From positions 1,054,001 to 1,118,000 of the forward strand of contig NC_043016.1 in NCBI RefSeq assembly GCF_006345805.1: a stretch of DNA of 64,000 nucleotides. The letters are read 5' to 3'. The translations under genes and the position numbers were made by a program. The notes under the pieces were generated by a model that did no database searches, was not told where the DNA came from, and saw only the letters and a program-made list of their open reading frames with translations. This DNA is from Octopus sinensis (taxonomy: Eukaryota). Positions 50,001-63,272 of this stretch are shown here, in pieces. How positions within the stretch are numbered: position 1 is the stretch's first letter; every line of letters starts with the position of its first letter.

Positions 50001-53000
50001 TGGTCTCTTTCTGAATGTGTGGTCTCTTTCTATATGTGTGGTCACTTTCTCTATATGTGGTCTCTTTCTGTATGTGTGGTCTCTTTCTATATGTGTGGTC
50101 TCTTTCTGTATGTGTGGTCTCCTTCTGTATGTGTGGTCTCTTTCCGTATGTGTGGTCTCTTTCTGTATGTGTGGTCTCTTTCTATATGTGTGGTCTCTTT
50201 CTGTATGTGTGGTTTCTTTCTGTATGTGTGGTCTCTTTCTGCACGTGTGGTCAATTTCCGTATGTGTGGTCTCTTTCTGTGTGTATGGTCTCTCTCCGTA
50301 TGTGTGGTTTCTTTCTCTATACGTGTACCCTTTCTGTTTGTGTGGTCTTTTTCTGTATGTGTGGTCTCCTTCCGTATGTGTGGTCTGTTTCTGTATGTGG
50401 GGTCCTTTTCCGTATGAGTGGTCTCCATCTGTATGCGTGGTCTCTTTCTGTATGTGTGGTCAATTTCCGTATGAGTGGTGTCCTTCTGTATGTGTGGTCT
50501 CTTTTCGTATGTGTGGTCTCTTTCTGTATGTGTGGACTCTTTCCGTATGTGTGGCCCCCTTATGCTTGTGTGGTCTCTTTCTGTATGTGCGGTCTCTTTC
50601 TGTATGTGTGGTCTCTTTCCGTATATGTGCTCACTTTCCGTATGAGTGGGCTCCTTCTGTATGTGTGGTCTCTTTCTGGATGTGTGGTCTGTTTCTGTAT
50701 GCGTGGTCTCTTTCTCTATGTGTAGTCACTTCCCGTATGTGTGGTCTCTTTCTGTATGTGTGGTCTCCTTCCGTATGTGTGGTCTCTTTCTGTATGTGTG
50801 GTCTCTTTCAGTATGCGTGGTCTCTTTCTGTATGTGTAGTCTCCTTCCGTATGTGTGGTCTCTTTCTGTATGTGGGGTCTCTTTCCGTATGAGTGGTCTC
50901 CTTCTGTATGTGTGGTCTCTTTCTGTATGTGTGGTCAATTTCCGTATGAGTGGTGTCTTTCTGTATGTGTGGTGTCTTTTCGTATGTGTGGTTTCTTTCT
51001 GTATGTGTGGTCTCTTTCCGTATATGTGGTCTCTTTCCGTATGAGTGGGCTCCTTCTGTATGTGTGGTCTCTTTCTGGATGTGTGGTCTGTTTCTGTATG
51101 CGTGGTCTCTTTCTCTATGTGTGGTCACTTCCCGTATGTGTGGTCTCTTTATTTATGTGTCGTATCTTTCCGTATGTGTGGTCTCTTTCCGTATGTGTGG
51201 TCTCTTTCTGGATGCGTCGTCTCTTTCTGTATGTGTGATCTCTTTCTGTATGTGTGATCTGTTTCTTTATGTGTGATCTCTTTCCGTATGTGTGGTCTCT
51301 TTCTGTATGCGTGGTCTCTTTCTGTATGTGTAATCTCTTTTTCTTAGTGTGGTCTCTTTCTGTATTTGTGGTCCCTTTCCATGTGTGTCGTGTCGTCCGT
51401 ATTTGTGGTCCTTTCCGTATGAGTGGTCTCTTTTCGTATGTATGGTCACTTTCCATATGTGTGGTCTCTTTCTGTAGGTGTGTTCTCTTTCCCTATTTGT
51501 GTCCTCTTTCCGTATGAGTGGCCTGTTTCCGTATGTGTGGTCTCTTTCCGTTTGTGTGGTCTCTTCTATATGTATAGTTACTTTCCGTATGTGTGGTCAA
51601 TTTCCGTACGTGTGGTCTCTTTCCGTATGTGGGTTCTCTTTCCTTATGTGTGGTCTCGTTCCGTATGTGTGGTCTCTTTCCGTATGCGTGGTCTGTATCC
51701 GAGTGTGTGGTCTCTTTCCATATTTGTGGTCTTTCTGTATGTGTGGTCTCTTTCAATAGGTATGGTCACTTTCCGTATGAGTGGTCTCTTTCTGTATGTG
51801 AGGCCACTTCCTGTATGTGGGATCTCTTTCCGTATGAGTGGTCTCCTTCTGTGTGTGTGCTCACTTTCTGTATATGTGTTCTCTTTCCGTATGAGTGGTC
51901 TCCTTCTATACGTGTTGTCACTTTCTGTATGCGTGGTCTCTTTCTATATGTGTGGTCTCTTTCTATATGTGTGGTTTCTTTCTGTATGTGTGATCCCTTT
52001 CTGTATGTGTGGCCTCTTTCCGTATGTGTGCTCTCTTTCTATGTGTGTGGTCTCTTTCAATATGTGTGGTCTCTTTCCGTATGTGTGGTCTCTTTCTCTA
52101 GGTGTGGTCTCTTTCTGTATGTTTGGTCTCTTTTTATATGTGTGGTATCTTTCCTATGTGTGGTCTCTTTCCATATGTGTGGTATCTTGCTGTATGTGTG
52201 CGCACTTTCTGTATGTGTGGTCTTTTTGTGTAGTTGTTGTCTCTTTCTGTATGTGTGGTCTTTTTCTGTATGAATGGTCTCTTTCTATATGTGTGGTCTC
52301 TTTCCATATTTGTGGTGTCTTTCTGTATGTGTGGTCTCTTTCAATAGGCATGCTCACTTTCCGTATGAGTGGTCTCTTTCTGTACGTGAGGCCACTTTCT
52401 GTATGTGGGATCTCTTTCCGTGTAAGGGGTCTCCTTCTGTATGTGTGGTCTCTTTCTGTATCTATGGTCTCTTTCTGTATGTATGGTCACTTTCCGTATG
52501 AGTGGTGTCTTTCGGTATGTGTGGTCTCTTTCCGTATGTGTGTTCTCTTTCCGTATGTTTGGTATCTTTCTGTATGTGTGGTCTCTTTCCGTATGAGTGG
52601 CCCCCTTCTGTATGTGTGTCACTTTCTGTATGTTTGGTCTCTTTCCGTATGTGTGGTCAGATTCTGTATGTGTGGTCCCTTTCTATATATGTGGTCTCTT
52701 TCTGTATGAGTGGTCTCTTTCTGTATGTGTGGTCTCTTTCTGTATGTGTGGTCTGTTTTTGTATGTGTGGTCTCTTTCTCTAAGTGTGTTCTCTTTCCGT
52801 ATGTGAGGTCTCGTTCCGTATGTGTGGTCTCTTTCCGTATGTGAGGTGTCTTTCCGTATGTGTGGTCTCTTTCCGTATGTGTGGTTTCTTTCTGTATGTG
52901 TGCTCTCTTCGTATATGTGTGGTCTCTTGCTGTATGTGTGGTCTTTTTCTATATGTGTGGTCTCTTTCCATATGTGTGGTCTCTTTCTCTAAGTGTGGTC

Positions 53001-56000
53001 TCTTTCCGTATGTGAGGTCTCTTTCCGTATGTGTGGTCTCTTTCCGTATGTGAGGCCTCTTTCTCTATGTGTGCGCACTTTCTGTATGTGTTGTCTTTTT
53101 CTGTAGGTGTGCTCTCTTTCTATACGTGTGGTCTCTTGCTGTATGTGTGGTCTCTTTCTATATGTGTACTCTCTTTCCGTATGTATGGTCTCTTTCTATA
53201 TGTGTGGTCTCTTTCCGTATGAGTGGTCTCTTTCTATATGTGTGGTCTCTTTCCGTATGTGTGGTCTCTTTCTATATGTGTGGTCTCTTTCCATATAAGT
53301 GGTCTCCTTCTCTATGTGTGGTCACTTTCTGTATACGTGGTCTCTTTCGATATGTGTGGTCTCTTTCTATATGTATGGTTACTTTCCCTATGAGTGGTCT
53401 CCTTCTGTATATGTGGCTACTTTCTGTATGTGGGTCACTTTCTGTATGAGTGGTGTCTTTCTGTATGTGTGGTGTCCTTCTGTATGTGTGGTCACTTTCT
53501 GTATGTTTGGTCACTTTCCGCATGTGTGGTCAGTTTCTTTCTGTATGTGTGGCTCTTTCTATAATGTGTGGTCAGTTTCTGTATGTGTGGTCTCATTCTG
53601 TATGTGTGGTCACTTTCCGTATGTGTGGTCTCTTTCTGTATGTGTGGTCTCTTTCTGTATGTGTGGTCTCTTTCTATATGTTGGTCTCTCTTCTGTATGT
53701 GTGGTCTCTTTCTGTATGTGTGGTCAATTTCCGTATGTGTGGTCTCTTTCCGTATATGTGGACTCTTTCCGTATGTGTGGTCTCTTTCTGCAAGTGTGGT
53801 CTCTTTCTGTATATGTGGTCTCTTTCTGTAAGTGTGGTCCCTTTCCATATGTGTGGTCACTTCCGTATGTGTGGTCTCTTTCTGTATGTGTGGTCTCTTT
53901 CTGAATTGTGGGTGTCTCTTTCTATATGTGTGGTCACTTTCTCTATATGTGGTCTCTTTCTGTATGTGTGGTCTCTTTCTATATGTGTGGTCTCTTTCTG
54001 TATGTGTGGTCTCCTTCTGTATGTGTGGTCTCTTTCCGTATGTTGTGGTCTCTTTCTGTATGTGTGGTCTCTTTCTATATGTGTGGTCTCTTTCTGTATG
54101 TGTGGTTTCTTCTTCTGTATGTGGTGGTCCTTTCTGCACGTGTGGTCAATTTCCGTATGTGTGGTCTCTTTCTGTGTGTATGGTCTCTCTCCGTATGTGT
54201 GGTTTCTTTCTCTATACGTGTACCCTTTCTGTTTGTGTGGTCTTTTTTCTGTATGTGTGGTCTCCTTCCGTATGTGTGGTCTGTTTCTGTATGTGGGGTC
54301 CTTTTCCGTATGTGTGGTCCCCATCTGTATGCGTGGTCTCTTTCTGTATGTGTGGTCAATTTCCGTATGAGTGGTGTCCTTCTGTATGTGTGGTCTCTTT
54401 TCGTATGTGTGGTCTCTTTCTGTATGTGTGGACTCTTTCCGTATGTGTGGCCCCCTTATGCTTGTGTGTCTCTTTCTGTATGTGCGGTCTCTTTCTGTAT
54501 GTGTGGTCTCTTTCCGTATATGTGCTCACTTTCCGTATGAGTGGGCTCCTTCTGTATGTGTGGTCTCTTTCTGGATGTGTGGTCTGTTTCTGTATGCGTG
54601 GTCTCTTTCTCTATGTGTAGTCACTTCCCGTATGTGGTGTCTCTTTCTGTATGTGTGGTCTCCTTCCGTATGTGTGGTCTCTTTCTGTATGTGTGGTCTC
54701 TTTCAGTATGCGTGGTCTCTTTCTGTATGTGTAGTCTCCTTCCGTATGTGTGGTCTCTTTCTGTATGTGGTGGTCTCTTTCCGTATGAGTGGTCTCCTTC
54801 TGTATGTGTGGTCTCTTTCTGTATGTGTGGTCAATTTCCGTATGAGTGGTGTCTTTCTGTTGTGTGGTGTCTTTTCGTATGTGTGGTTTCTTTCTGTATG
54901 TGTGGTCTCTTCTCTTTCCGTATATGTGGTCTCTTTCCGTATGAGTGGGCTCCTTCTTCTGTATGTGTGGTCTCTTTCTGGATGTGTGGTCTGTTTCTGT
55001 ATGCGTGGTCTCTTTCTCTATGTGTGGTCACTTCCCGTATGTGTGGTTTCTCTTTATTTATGTGTCGTATCTTTCCGTATGTGTGGTCTCTTTCTTCGTA
55101 TGTGTGGTCTCTTTCTGGATGCGTCGTCTCTTTCTGTATGTGTGATCTCTTTCTGTATGTGTGATCTGTTTCTTTATGTGTGATCTCTTTCCGTATGTGT
55201 GGTCTCTTCTGTATGCGTGGTCTCTTCTTTCTGTATGTGTAATCTCTTTTTCTTAGTGTGGTCTCTTTCTGTATATTGTGGTCCCTTTCCATGTGTGTCG
55301 TGTCGTCCGTATTTGTGGTCCTTTCCGTATGAGTGGTCTCTTTTCGTATGTATGGTCACTTTCCATATGTGTGGTCTCTTTCTGTAGGTGTGTTCTCTTT
55401 CCCTATTTGTGTCCTCTTTCCGTATGAGTGGCCTGTTTCCGTATGTGTGGTCTCTTTCCGTTTGTGTGGTCTCTTTCTATATGTATAGTTACTTTCCGTA
55501 TGTGTGGTCAATTTCCGTACGTGTGGTCTCTTTCCGTATGTGGGTTCTCTTTCCTTATGTGTGGTCTCGTTCCGTATGTGTGGTCTCTTTCCGTATGCGT
55601 GGTCTGTATCCGAGTGTGTGGTCTCTTTCCATATTTGTGGTCTTTCTGTATGTGTGGTCTCTTTCAATAGGTATGGTCACTTTCCGTATGAGTGGTCTCT
55701 TTCTGTATGTGAGGCCACTTCCTGTATGTGGGATCTCTTTCCGTATGAGTGGTCTCCTTCTGTGTGTGTGCTCACTTTCTGTATATGTGTCTCTTTTCCG
55801 TATGAGTGGTCTCCTTCTATACGTGTTGTCACTTTCTGTATGCGTGGTCTCTTTCTATATGTGTGGTCTCTTTCTATATGTGTGGTTTCTTTCTGTATGT
55901 GTGATCCCTTTCTGTATGTGTGGCCTCTTTCCGTATGTGTGCTCTCTTTCTATGTGTGTGGTCTCTTTCAATATGTGTGGTCTCTTTCCGTATGTGTGGT

Positions 56001-57730
56001 CTCTTTCTCTAGGTGTGGTCTCTTTCTGTATGTTTGGTCTCTTTTTATATGTGTGGTATCTTTCCTATGTGTGGTCTCTTTCCATATTTGTGGTATCTTG
56101 CTGTATGTGTGCGCAATTTCTGTATGTGTGGTCTTTTTGTGTAGTTGTTGTCTCTTTCTGTATGTGTGGTCTTTTTCTGTATGAATGGTCTCTTTCTATA
56201 TGTGTGGTCTCTTTCCATATTTGTGTGGTCCTTTCTGTATGTGTGGTCCTCTTTCAATAGGCATGCTCACTTTCCGTATGAGTGGTCTCTTTCTGTACGT
56301 GAGGCCACTTTCTGTATGTGGGATCTCTTTCCGTGTGTAAGTGGTCTCCTTCTGTATGTGTGGTCTCTTTCTTGTATGTGTGGTCCCTTTCTATATATGT
56401 GGTCTCTTTCTGTCTGTGATAGGTGGTCTCTTTCTGTATGTGTGGTCTCTTTCTGTATGTGTGGTCTGTTTTTGTATGTGTGGTCTCTTTCTCTAAGTGT
56501 GTTCTCTTTCCGTATGTGAGGTCTCTTTCCGTATGTGTGGTCTCTTTCCGTATGTGAGGTGTCTTTCCGTATGTGTGGTCTCTTTCCGTATGTGTGGTTT
56601 CTTTCTGTATGTGTGCTCTCTTCGTATATGTGTGGTCTCTTGCTGTATGTGTGGTCTTTTTCTATATGTGTGGTCTCTTTCCATATGTGTGGTCTCTTTC
56701 CGTATGTGAGGTCTCTTTCCGTATGTGTGGTCTCTTTCCGTATGTGAGGCCTCTTTCTCTATGTGTGCGCACTTTCTGTATGTGTTGTCTTTTTCTGTAG
56801 GTGTGCTCTCTTTCTATACGTGTGGTCTCTTGCTGTATGTGTGGTCTCTTTCTATATGTGTACTCTCTTTCCGTATGTATGGTCTCTTTCTATATGTGTG
56901 GTCTCTTTCTATATGTGTGCTCTCTTTCCGTATGTGTGGTCTCTTTCTATATGTGTGGTCTCTTTCTATATGTGTGCTCTCTTTCCGTATGCGAGGTCTC
57001 CTTCTGTTTGTGTGGTCTCTTTCCGTATGAGTGGTCTCTTTTTCTATGTGTGGTTTCTTTCTATATGTGTTGTCTCCTTCTGTTTGTGTGGTCTCTTTCA
57101 GTATGAATGTTCTCTTCCTGTACGTGTGGTCTCTTTCTGTACGTGTGGTCTCTTTCTGTTTCTGTGGTCACTTTCTCTATGTGTGGTCTCTTTCTATATG
57201 TGTGGTCTCTTTCTGTATGTGTGGTCTCTTTCTCTACGTGTGGTCTCTTTCCGTATGAGTGGTCTCTTTCCGTATGAGTGGTCTCTTTCTGTATGTAATG
57301 TCTCTTTCTGTACGTGTGGTCTCTATCTTTATGTGTTGTCTCTTTCTCTATATGTGGTTTCTTTCCGTATGTGTGGTCTCATTCTATATGTGTGGTCTCT
57401 TTCTGTAGGTGTGGTCTCTTTCTGTATGTGTGGTCTCTTTCTATATGTGTGGTCTGTTTCTATATATGTGGTCTCTTTCTATATGTGTGGTCAATTTCCG
57501 TATGTGTGGTCTCTTTCTGTATGTGTGGTCTCTTTCTATATGTGTGGTCTCTTTCTATATGTGTGGTCTCTTTCTATATGTGTGGTCAATTTCCGTATGT
57601 GTGGTCTCTTTCTGTATGTGTGGTCTCTTTCTATATGCGTGGTCTCTTTCTGTGTATGTGGTCTCTTTCCGTATGTGTGATCTATTTCCGTACGTATGGT
57701 CTCTTTCCGTATGTGTTGTCTCTTTCTGTA
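47046..57730. repeat. 10.7-kb satellite of a 19-bp unit (GTATGTGTGGTCTCTTTC[C/T]) with higher-order duplication
   Basis: Unit read directly; the 19-aa period of the translated ORFs (57 nt = 3 x 19) agrees; a ~3.9-kb block is duplicated. Confidence 0.97.
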
Positions 57731-57734
57731 TTTG

Positions 57735-57930
57735 TTTGCTTTTCTATCACCTCTTGATAACTGGTGCTGCTTTGTTTACGTCCTGCAAACATAGCTGTTT
57801 GACGAAAAGGTCTGATAGATTATGTACCAACCTGAAAAATAAGTACTACAGCGAGTCGATTTGTTCGACAGAATTCTTTTAGGCAGTGCCCCAGAATTGC
57901 CGCAATTAAATGATTGAAACAAGTAAAGGA
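57735..57930 (+). mobile_element. Degenerate SINE 3' half immediately after the satellite
   Basis: CTTGATAACTGGTGCTG..TTTGTTTACGTCC...GGCAGTGCCCCAG...CCGCAATTAAATGATTGAAACAAGTAAAGGA. Confidence 0.7.
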
Positions 57931-59674
57931 TCATATATATTTGTGTGCGTGCGTCGGAGCCCGCGCGTTTTGCGTGCGTATGTGTGTATATCTATGTATA
58001 AATGTATGCTAGTAGTCGCTGATATTTGCATGTGCAGTGTGTTTTGCTGTGCATAATAAGTGCAAAAATCCGACTCTTTGCATTGAGAAGCCCCAAGAGA
58101 AGTCAATGACAGATGCCAAATGAAAAAATGCAATTTGAGTTGAAGCAATGAAGATATTGTCTGGTTCTATAGAATATAATTTTGTATCACTTTCTTGTAA
58201 AACTCTATCGAGAACGGTAAGAGAAAAATTGAAGGTCTGCGAGACATTGATTCTTTTCGAATCAATGGACGATTTGTTTTAGCAAATGGAATTGCCTCAA
58301 GACATTCAATCTGGATTCTCTCCAAAACAGGATCAATGATACATTTTGGCAATTTGGAAACTCTGCCATAAATTTTATCTAAATGGTGTTAGCACCAACC
58401 GCACATATACACGGAAAAAAAAAAAAAAGATAGTAAAATGTAACCTGCTGTATAATAGTTCTAACCCTGTGCGAAGCAATTATTCTAAATTCATTGAACT
58501 TAACCTATTATATGTGATCCTTAAATATATCACAGAGTTAATAAATCTAAATTTTTGCAAATTGCTTCAAATATATTTACCCATAAATTACATTCAAGAA
58601 TTTTTGTATTCGTTTATATGTCTTACATATCTTTTAGCTTTCGTTTTTGGATTTGCTCTGCAAGATTCTTTATATGAGTTCGTGTGTTGAAGCATATTCT
58701 GTTGTGTCTGGGGAGAGTCATTCTCTTTTAGTACCTTATTATTTAACACACTCACCAGTAAAATTTCCACTTATTTCTTATTTTTATTTTCTAAAATTTT
58801 CGTTGCGTCTTGCAACCTTTTCAATAGTCTTGACTCTGTCCGTTATTTACACTGCGTTCCCCTTTGTTTGTTTGTGCGCATGTGTGTGGGTCAGTGTGTC
58901 AGTATGTGTATGTGCCTATACATGCATGTACGTATGTATGTGTGTGTTTGCATGTGTATGTATGTATATATATATGTGTGTGTATGCATATGTATGTATG
59001 TGTGTATGCATATGTATGTATATCTTTTATCCTTATATGAAATAGAAATATCTACAGAGGAAAGCGATGGAGAATTCTTTTAATTATCTTTCTTATATTG
59101 TTGGTTAGAACGTTAAAAAATTATGGGGAAATCACACACATACATACACACACACACACACAAGACTAACTAACTCACACACACACACACACGCACACAC
59201 ACACACACATGCACTGTAAACGATAAATTCACTTTGGTGGGGGGGAATTCAGTAAATTAAGCTTTTTATTTAATTATCAAAATTCATACAACTGGCCATC
59301 TTGAGTTATTTCTCTTAAATTTCTGTTTTTAGTTTTAATTAAACAAATTACTCTTAATTAGAAATATTGCTAAATCTATAAGTGAAAATGTACATTCTGA
59401 TTAGCAGCAAATAAAGACTGATGAGGTTTAGTAGATCAAAATATCTGCCCAGAGTTGTTCTGTTGATAGATTTTTTAAAAATCACACTTTCATTAACTTG
59501 GCATCTAAATTTACTCTTCAAATTCTCTCCCCTTCTCTCTGAAAGTCGCTAAAATCTGGCGGTAGTTTTCCTGCTTTCATCTTCTTCCGAGACAGGCAGT
59601 GAAGAAATGAATAGTTATACACACACACACACACACACATACACACACACACTCATATGTATATATATATGTGC

Positions 59675-59727
<53 letters not shown>

Positions 59728-59739
59728 GCATATGTCAGG

Positions 59740-60170
59740 TCACTTTCGAGTGCTACTGGTAACATGCAACCCAGTACAACCTGTTGCATGGTCGGGTCGT
59801 CAGCGACTAAACTGGCAACCCCACCAAGCTTGCTTGATGAGGAGGGTGTTTATTAGACACCCTGCGGGATGAAAAACAAAACCCGTCAAAGGGCAGAGGA
59901 ACTCTTGAGAGTCAACAGCCATCCGATAAATGTCTTAAGGCTGAATCATGCGCGGGGACATAGAAATAATCGGACTGAATACCCGATCGCGCGGTTAAAC
60001 CATTGGGAGTGAAGGACTCCTAGCCTTTGCTAGGGCATCCTTCTAGGAGAAGGTAACTCAGCTAACTGGGATAACCCCGACATAAAACCTGCGGCTCAGT
60101 AGTTACTGATGATGTTGACCTGTTCTTCTTTTCGGATTATGGCTGCTGTTGCTTAGTGAGTGTGATTGAC
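59740..60170 (+). mobile_element. Probable RTE-type LINE 5' leader fragment
   Basis: GC-richer island with GGCATCC..CTAGGAGAAGGTAACTC...AAACC motif reminiscent of RTE 5' regions; no ORF support. Confidence 0.35.
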
Positions 60171-60926
60171 TCATTGCACAGCCTTTCCTCACTTTAAAAA
60201 AAAATCTTCTTGCACAGGCATTGCACGATAACTACATTGATTACGCTTCGTGCAATGGCCATACTCGATAACGAGGAGGCAGCCACCTTATGCATATGCA
60301 TATGTATACTCACATAGTTATATATAAAGTTATACATATATATAAATGAATGCATGCATTTATGTACGTATGAGTGTATGTGTGTGTGTGAGTGTGTATG
60401 TAGCCAATTTGATACATATATGCAAGCAAAATTAAACACACCAACACAATGAAGTACAGTACGCTTTCATTTATTTAAAGCTGAAAATCTGCAGATAACA
60501 CGCACGCATATGGATACATATGCCTGTGTGTGTACAAGGGAATAAATTACTTGAGTGCGCGCGCGTAAGGGTTCCTTCAAAGAAGTCTACGAGTAACGTG
60601 TTCTATTGTGTATGAGTTAGGAAGCACATTCACTGGTATCAACGTAAACCTGTAAATGAATGACAGAATTAGTGTTTCATATAGAGTAAGCTGTGTGTAT
60701 CTTACATCCGCAGTAGAAAAAAAATTCATAACAATATTTGATAAATATTAGAACGGTCATGTGACAATGAATGTGTCATCTGCAACGGGAGAATGAAGTA
60801 TTTTTCAGCAACATCTGGCAACGTAGTACAATTCACCTTGTAACATTTACGGTAAAAGCCCTAAATCCTACAAGCTGTTAAAAAACAGCAATAGACAGCG
60901 TAAGCAACTTTCAACTGCAAGTACAT

Positions 60927-61123
60927 CTTTATCTTTTACTTGTTTCAGTCATTTGACTGCGGCCATGCTGGAGCACCGCCTTTAATCGAGCAAATCGACC
61001 CCGGGACTTATTCTTTTGTAAGCCCAGTACTTATTCTATCGGCCTCTTTTGCCGAACCGCTAAGTAACGGGGACATAAACACACCAGCATAGGGGGACAA
61101 ACACAGACACACAAACACACACA

Positions 61124-61174
<51 letters not shown>

Positions 61175-61336
61175 GACAGGCTTCTTTCAGTTTCCGTCTA
61201 CCAAATCCACTCACAAGGCATTGGTCGGCCCGGGACTATAGCAGAAGACACTTGCCCAAGATGCCACGCAGTGGGACTGAACCCGGAACCATGTGGTTGC
61301 TTAGCAAGCTACTTACCACAGAGCCACTCCTGCGCC
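60927..61336 (-). mobile_element. tRNA-derived SINE, full length
   Basis: Canonical head, linker and tail. Confidence 0.92.
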
Positions 61337-61789
61337 TATGTTCAATATTACTAAGAGCCATTATACAAAAAGTACTGAATACAAATTGACAATCATGACT
61401 GAACTGTGGCTAGAACAACAACAACAACAACAACATACATTGTAATCGATTTCATTGTTTGCTTTACTATCTCAAACTTTTAGCAAAAAATGCTCTTTTG
61501 CTCAGTCGAAAGAAAACATAACGGAGTAAGAAATAATATTAACCACCATTTAGAAAACGTTTTAATATTTCACTTAACTGCAACAGAGATTACTGTTTTT
61601 GAAGGTATGGCATAATGTGTCTAATGGAAAATATTTATGTTGTTGTTGAGTTTATTCCCAGATTGTGTAGCCTTTTTAGTGGCGTAGAGAATATGTCTCA
61701 AACTACATTATCTAAATAAATAAATATCAAAAATGTCTGAGATGAGTCGATAACATGGCTGTAACGTTTCAGACAAACATTGGCTTCAA

Positions 61790-61950
61790 ATTTTAGCACA
61801 AGGCCAGCAATTTCGGTGGAGGGGCGAAGTTGATAAAATCTACCCCCAGTGCTCAACCCGTAGTTATTTTATCGACCCCGGAAAGATGAAAAGCAAAGTT
61901 GACCTCGGTACAATTTGAACACACAACGTGATGACGGACGAAATAACGCT
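61790..61950 (+). mobile_element. Fragment of a second SINE family (conserved central domain type)
   Basis: TATTTTATCGACCCCGGAAAGATGAAAAGCAAAGTTGACCTCGG...TTTGAAC resembles conserved SINE core domains; recalled from memory. Confidence 0.45.
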
Positions 61951-62775
61951 AAGCGTAATAACAAATCTGCCAGCTGGCCACTTTATTGATTTGTGACATT
62001 GATACAAAGTCTCAGCATTATCAATAAGCAGGAAGGCGGATTCTAAGGATCAGTGGAACATCTGGTATATATATTTGCTGTATTATTATAGATTCCATTA
62101 CGTTCGAAGTTAAAATCCCACCGAAGGTAGCCTTATAATCCATTCTTCGAAGGGATCGACTGCATAACACACAATAATCTCTTCACTCCGAAATTTGAGA
62201 GAATGTGCCTATGTTAGATATACTCGTTTGCACTACATGTCACTCTTTTGATTTGTTAGTTCCAAATTCTATACAATAATGGTAGTTATTCTCTATCCAC
62301 CTCTCGCTCTCTTTCACTCATTCTTTCTCCTAACCTTTTTGGAATTATTAAATTATTACAATAGTTGATACGTGGTTCCTGAAGATATTCCAAGTAGGAT
62401 CAAGCCAAATCAGATTAGATTAGATTAGGCTTTCTGTTTTTGTTCTTGGAGAAATATATGTATATATCTCTATCTAACACACACACACACACATACACAC
62501 ACACACACGCACACACACACGCACGCACACACGCACACACACGCGGGCATTTTCGCACTCACCTGTCCACCAAAAAAACCCTTTTCTCATTCTCTTTCCC
62601 CTCCCGGTCACTTAAACAATATAACTACACACGTGATGTTGATGATCCCCCCCCACTTCTTTGGACTTATCCCTTTTCCCCTTTTCCTTTCTGATGAAGA
62701 GCTATGTTTGAAACGTGAAAAACTCTTTTTACTGTTTGTTATGATTATTTTTAATGCTCGTTAATTCTATTTGGC

Positions 62776-62859
<84 letters not shown>

Positions 62860-62870
62860 CCTATCTATCA

Positions 62871-62905
<35 letters not shown>

Positions 62906-62907
<2 letters not shown>

Positions 62908-63101
62908 GATCAATTTTTTTTTCCTCTCCACCTTTTTTTTTTTTTTAACCCCCCCCCTTTTTTTTGTCCTCTTTCTCTCCTTTTACGATCCCTTTTGATC
63001 GAAACTCCCCCTTCCTTTTTTTTTTAAAAACCTTCAAAAGAAAAGCTCTACCTTGTAATTTGTTCTATCTGTGTGCAGCCCTGTGTGGCTAATAAAGAAA
63101 C
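62906..63101 (+). mobile_element. Tx1 subfamily B copy 3, ~195-bp 3'UTR-only insertion between two (TATC)n tracts
   Basis: AAAAGAAAAGCTCTACCTTGTAA...GCCCTGTGTGGCTAATAAAGAAAC matches the 3' ends at 17330-17390 and 26437-26500. Confidence 0.9.
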
Positions 63102-63134
63102 ATATCTATCTATCTATCTATCTATCTATGTCTG

Positions 63135-63195
<61 letters not shown>

Positions 63196-63199
63196 ATAC

Positions 63200-63272
<73 letters not shown>

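Noticed and set aside
47046-57730. Resemblance of the minus-strand unit (CATACAGAAAGAGACCACA) to a C2H2 zinc-finger linker (HTGEKPY)
   Set aside because: No CxxC/HxxxH finger bodies are present, the match is short and gapped, and the SINE-linker origin explains the flanks better.
47046-57730. CRISPR-like array
   Set aside because: There are no unique spacers and no cas genes, and the context is eukaryotic.
46926-57882. Many Cys/Val-rich and HTERDH-repeat ORFs
   Set aside because: They are frame-cycling translations of a 19-bp satellite; the unit is not a multiple of 3 and nothing else suggests coding.
58167-58370. Possible host exon (short ORFs on both strands)
   Set aside because: No recognisable domain, no convincing splice-site pair, and no neighbouring exons.
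59740-59900. HDV-like ribozyme in the putative RTE leader
   Set aside because: I could not assign the nested double-pseudoknot pairings by eye; a descriptor search is needed.
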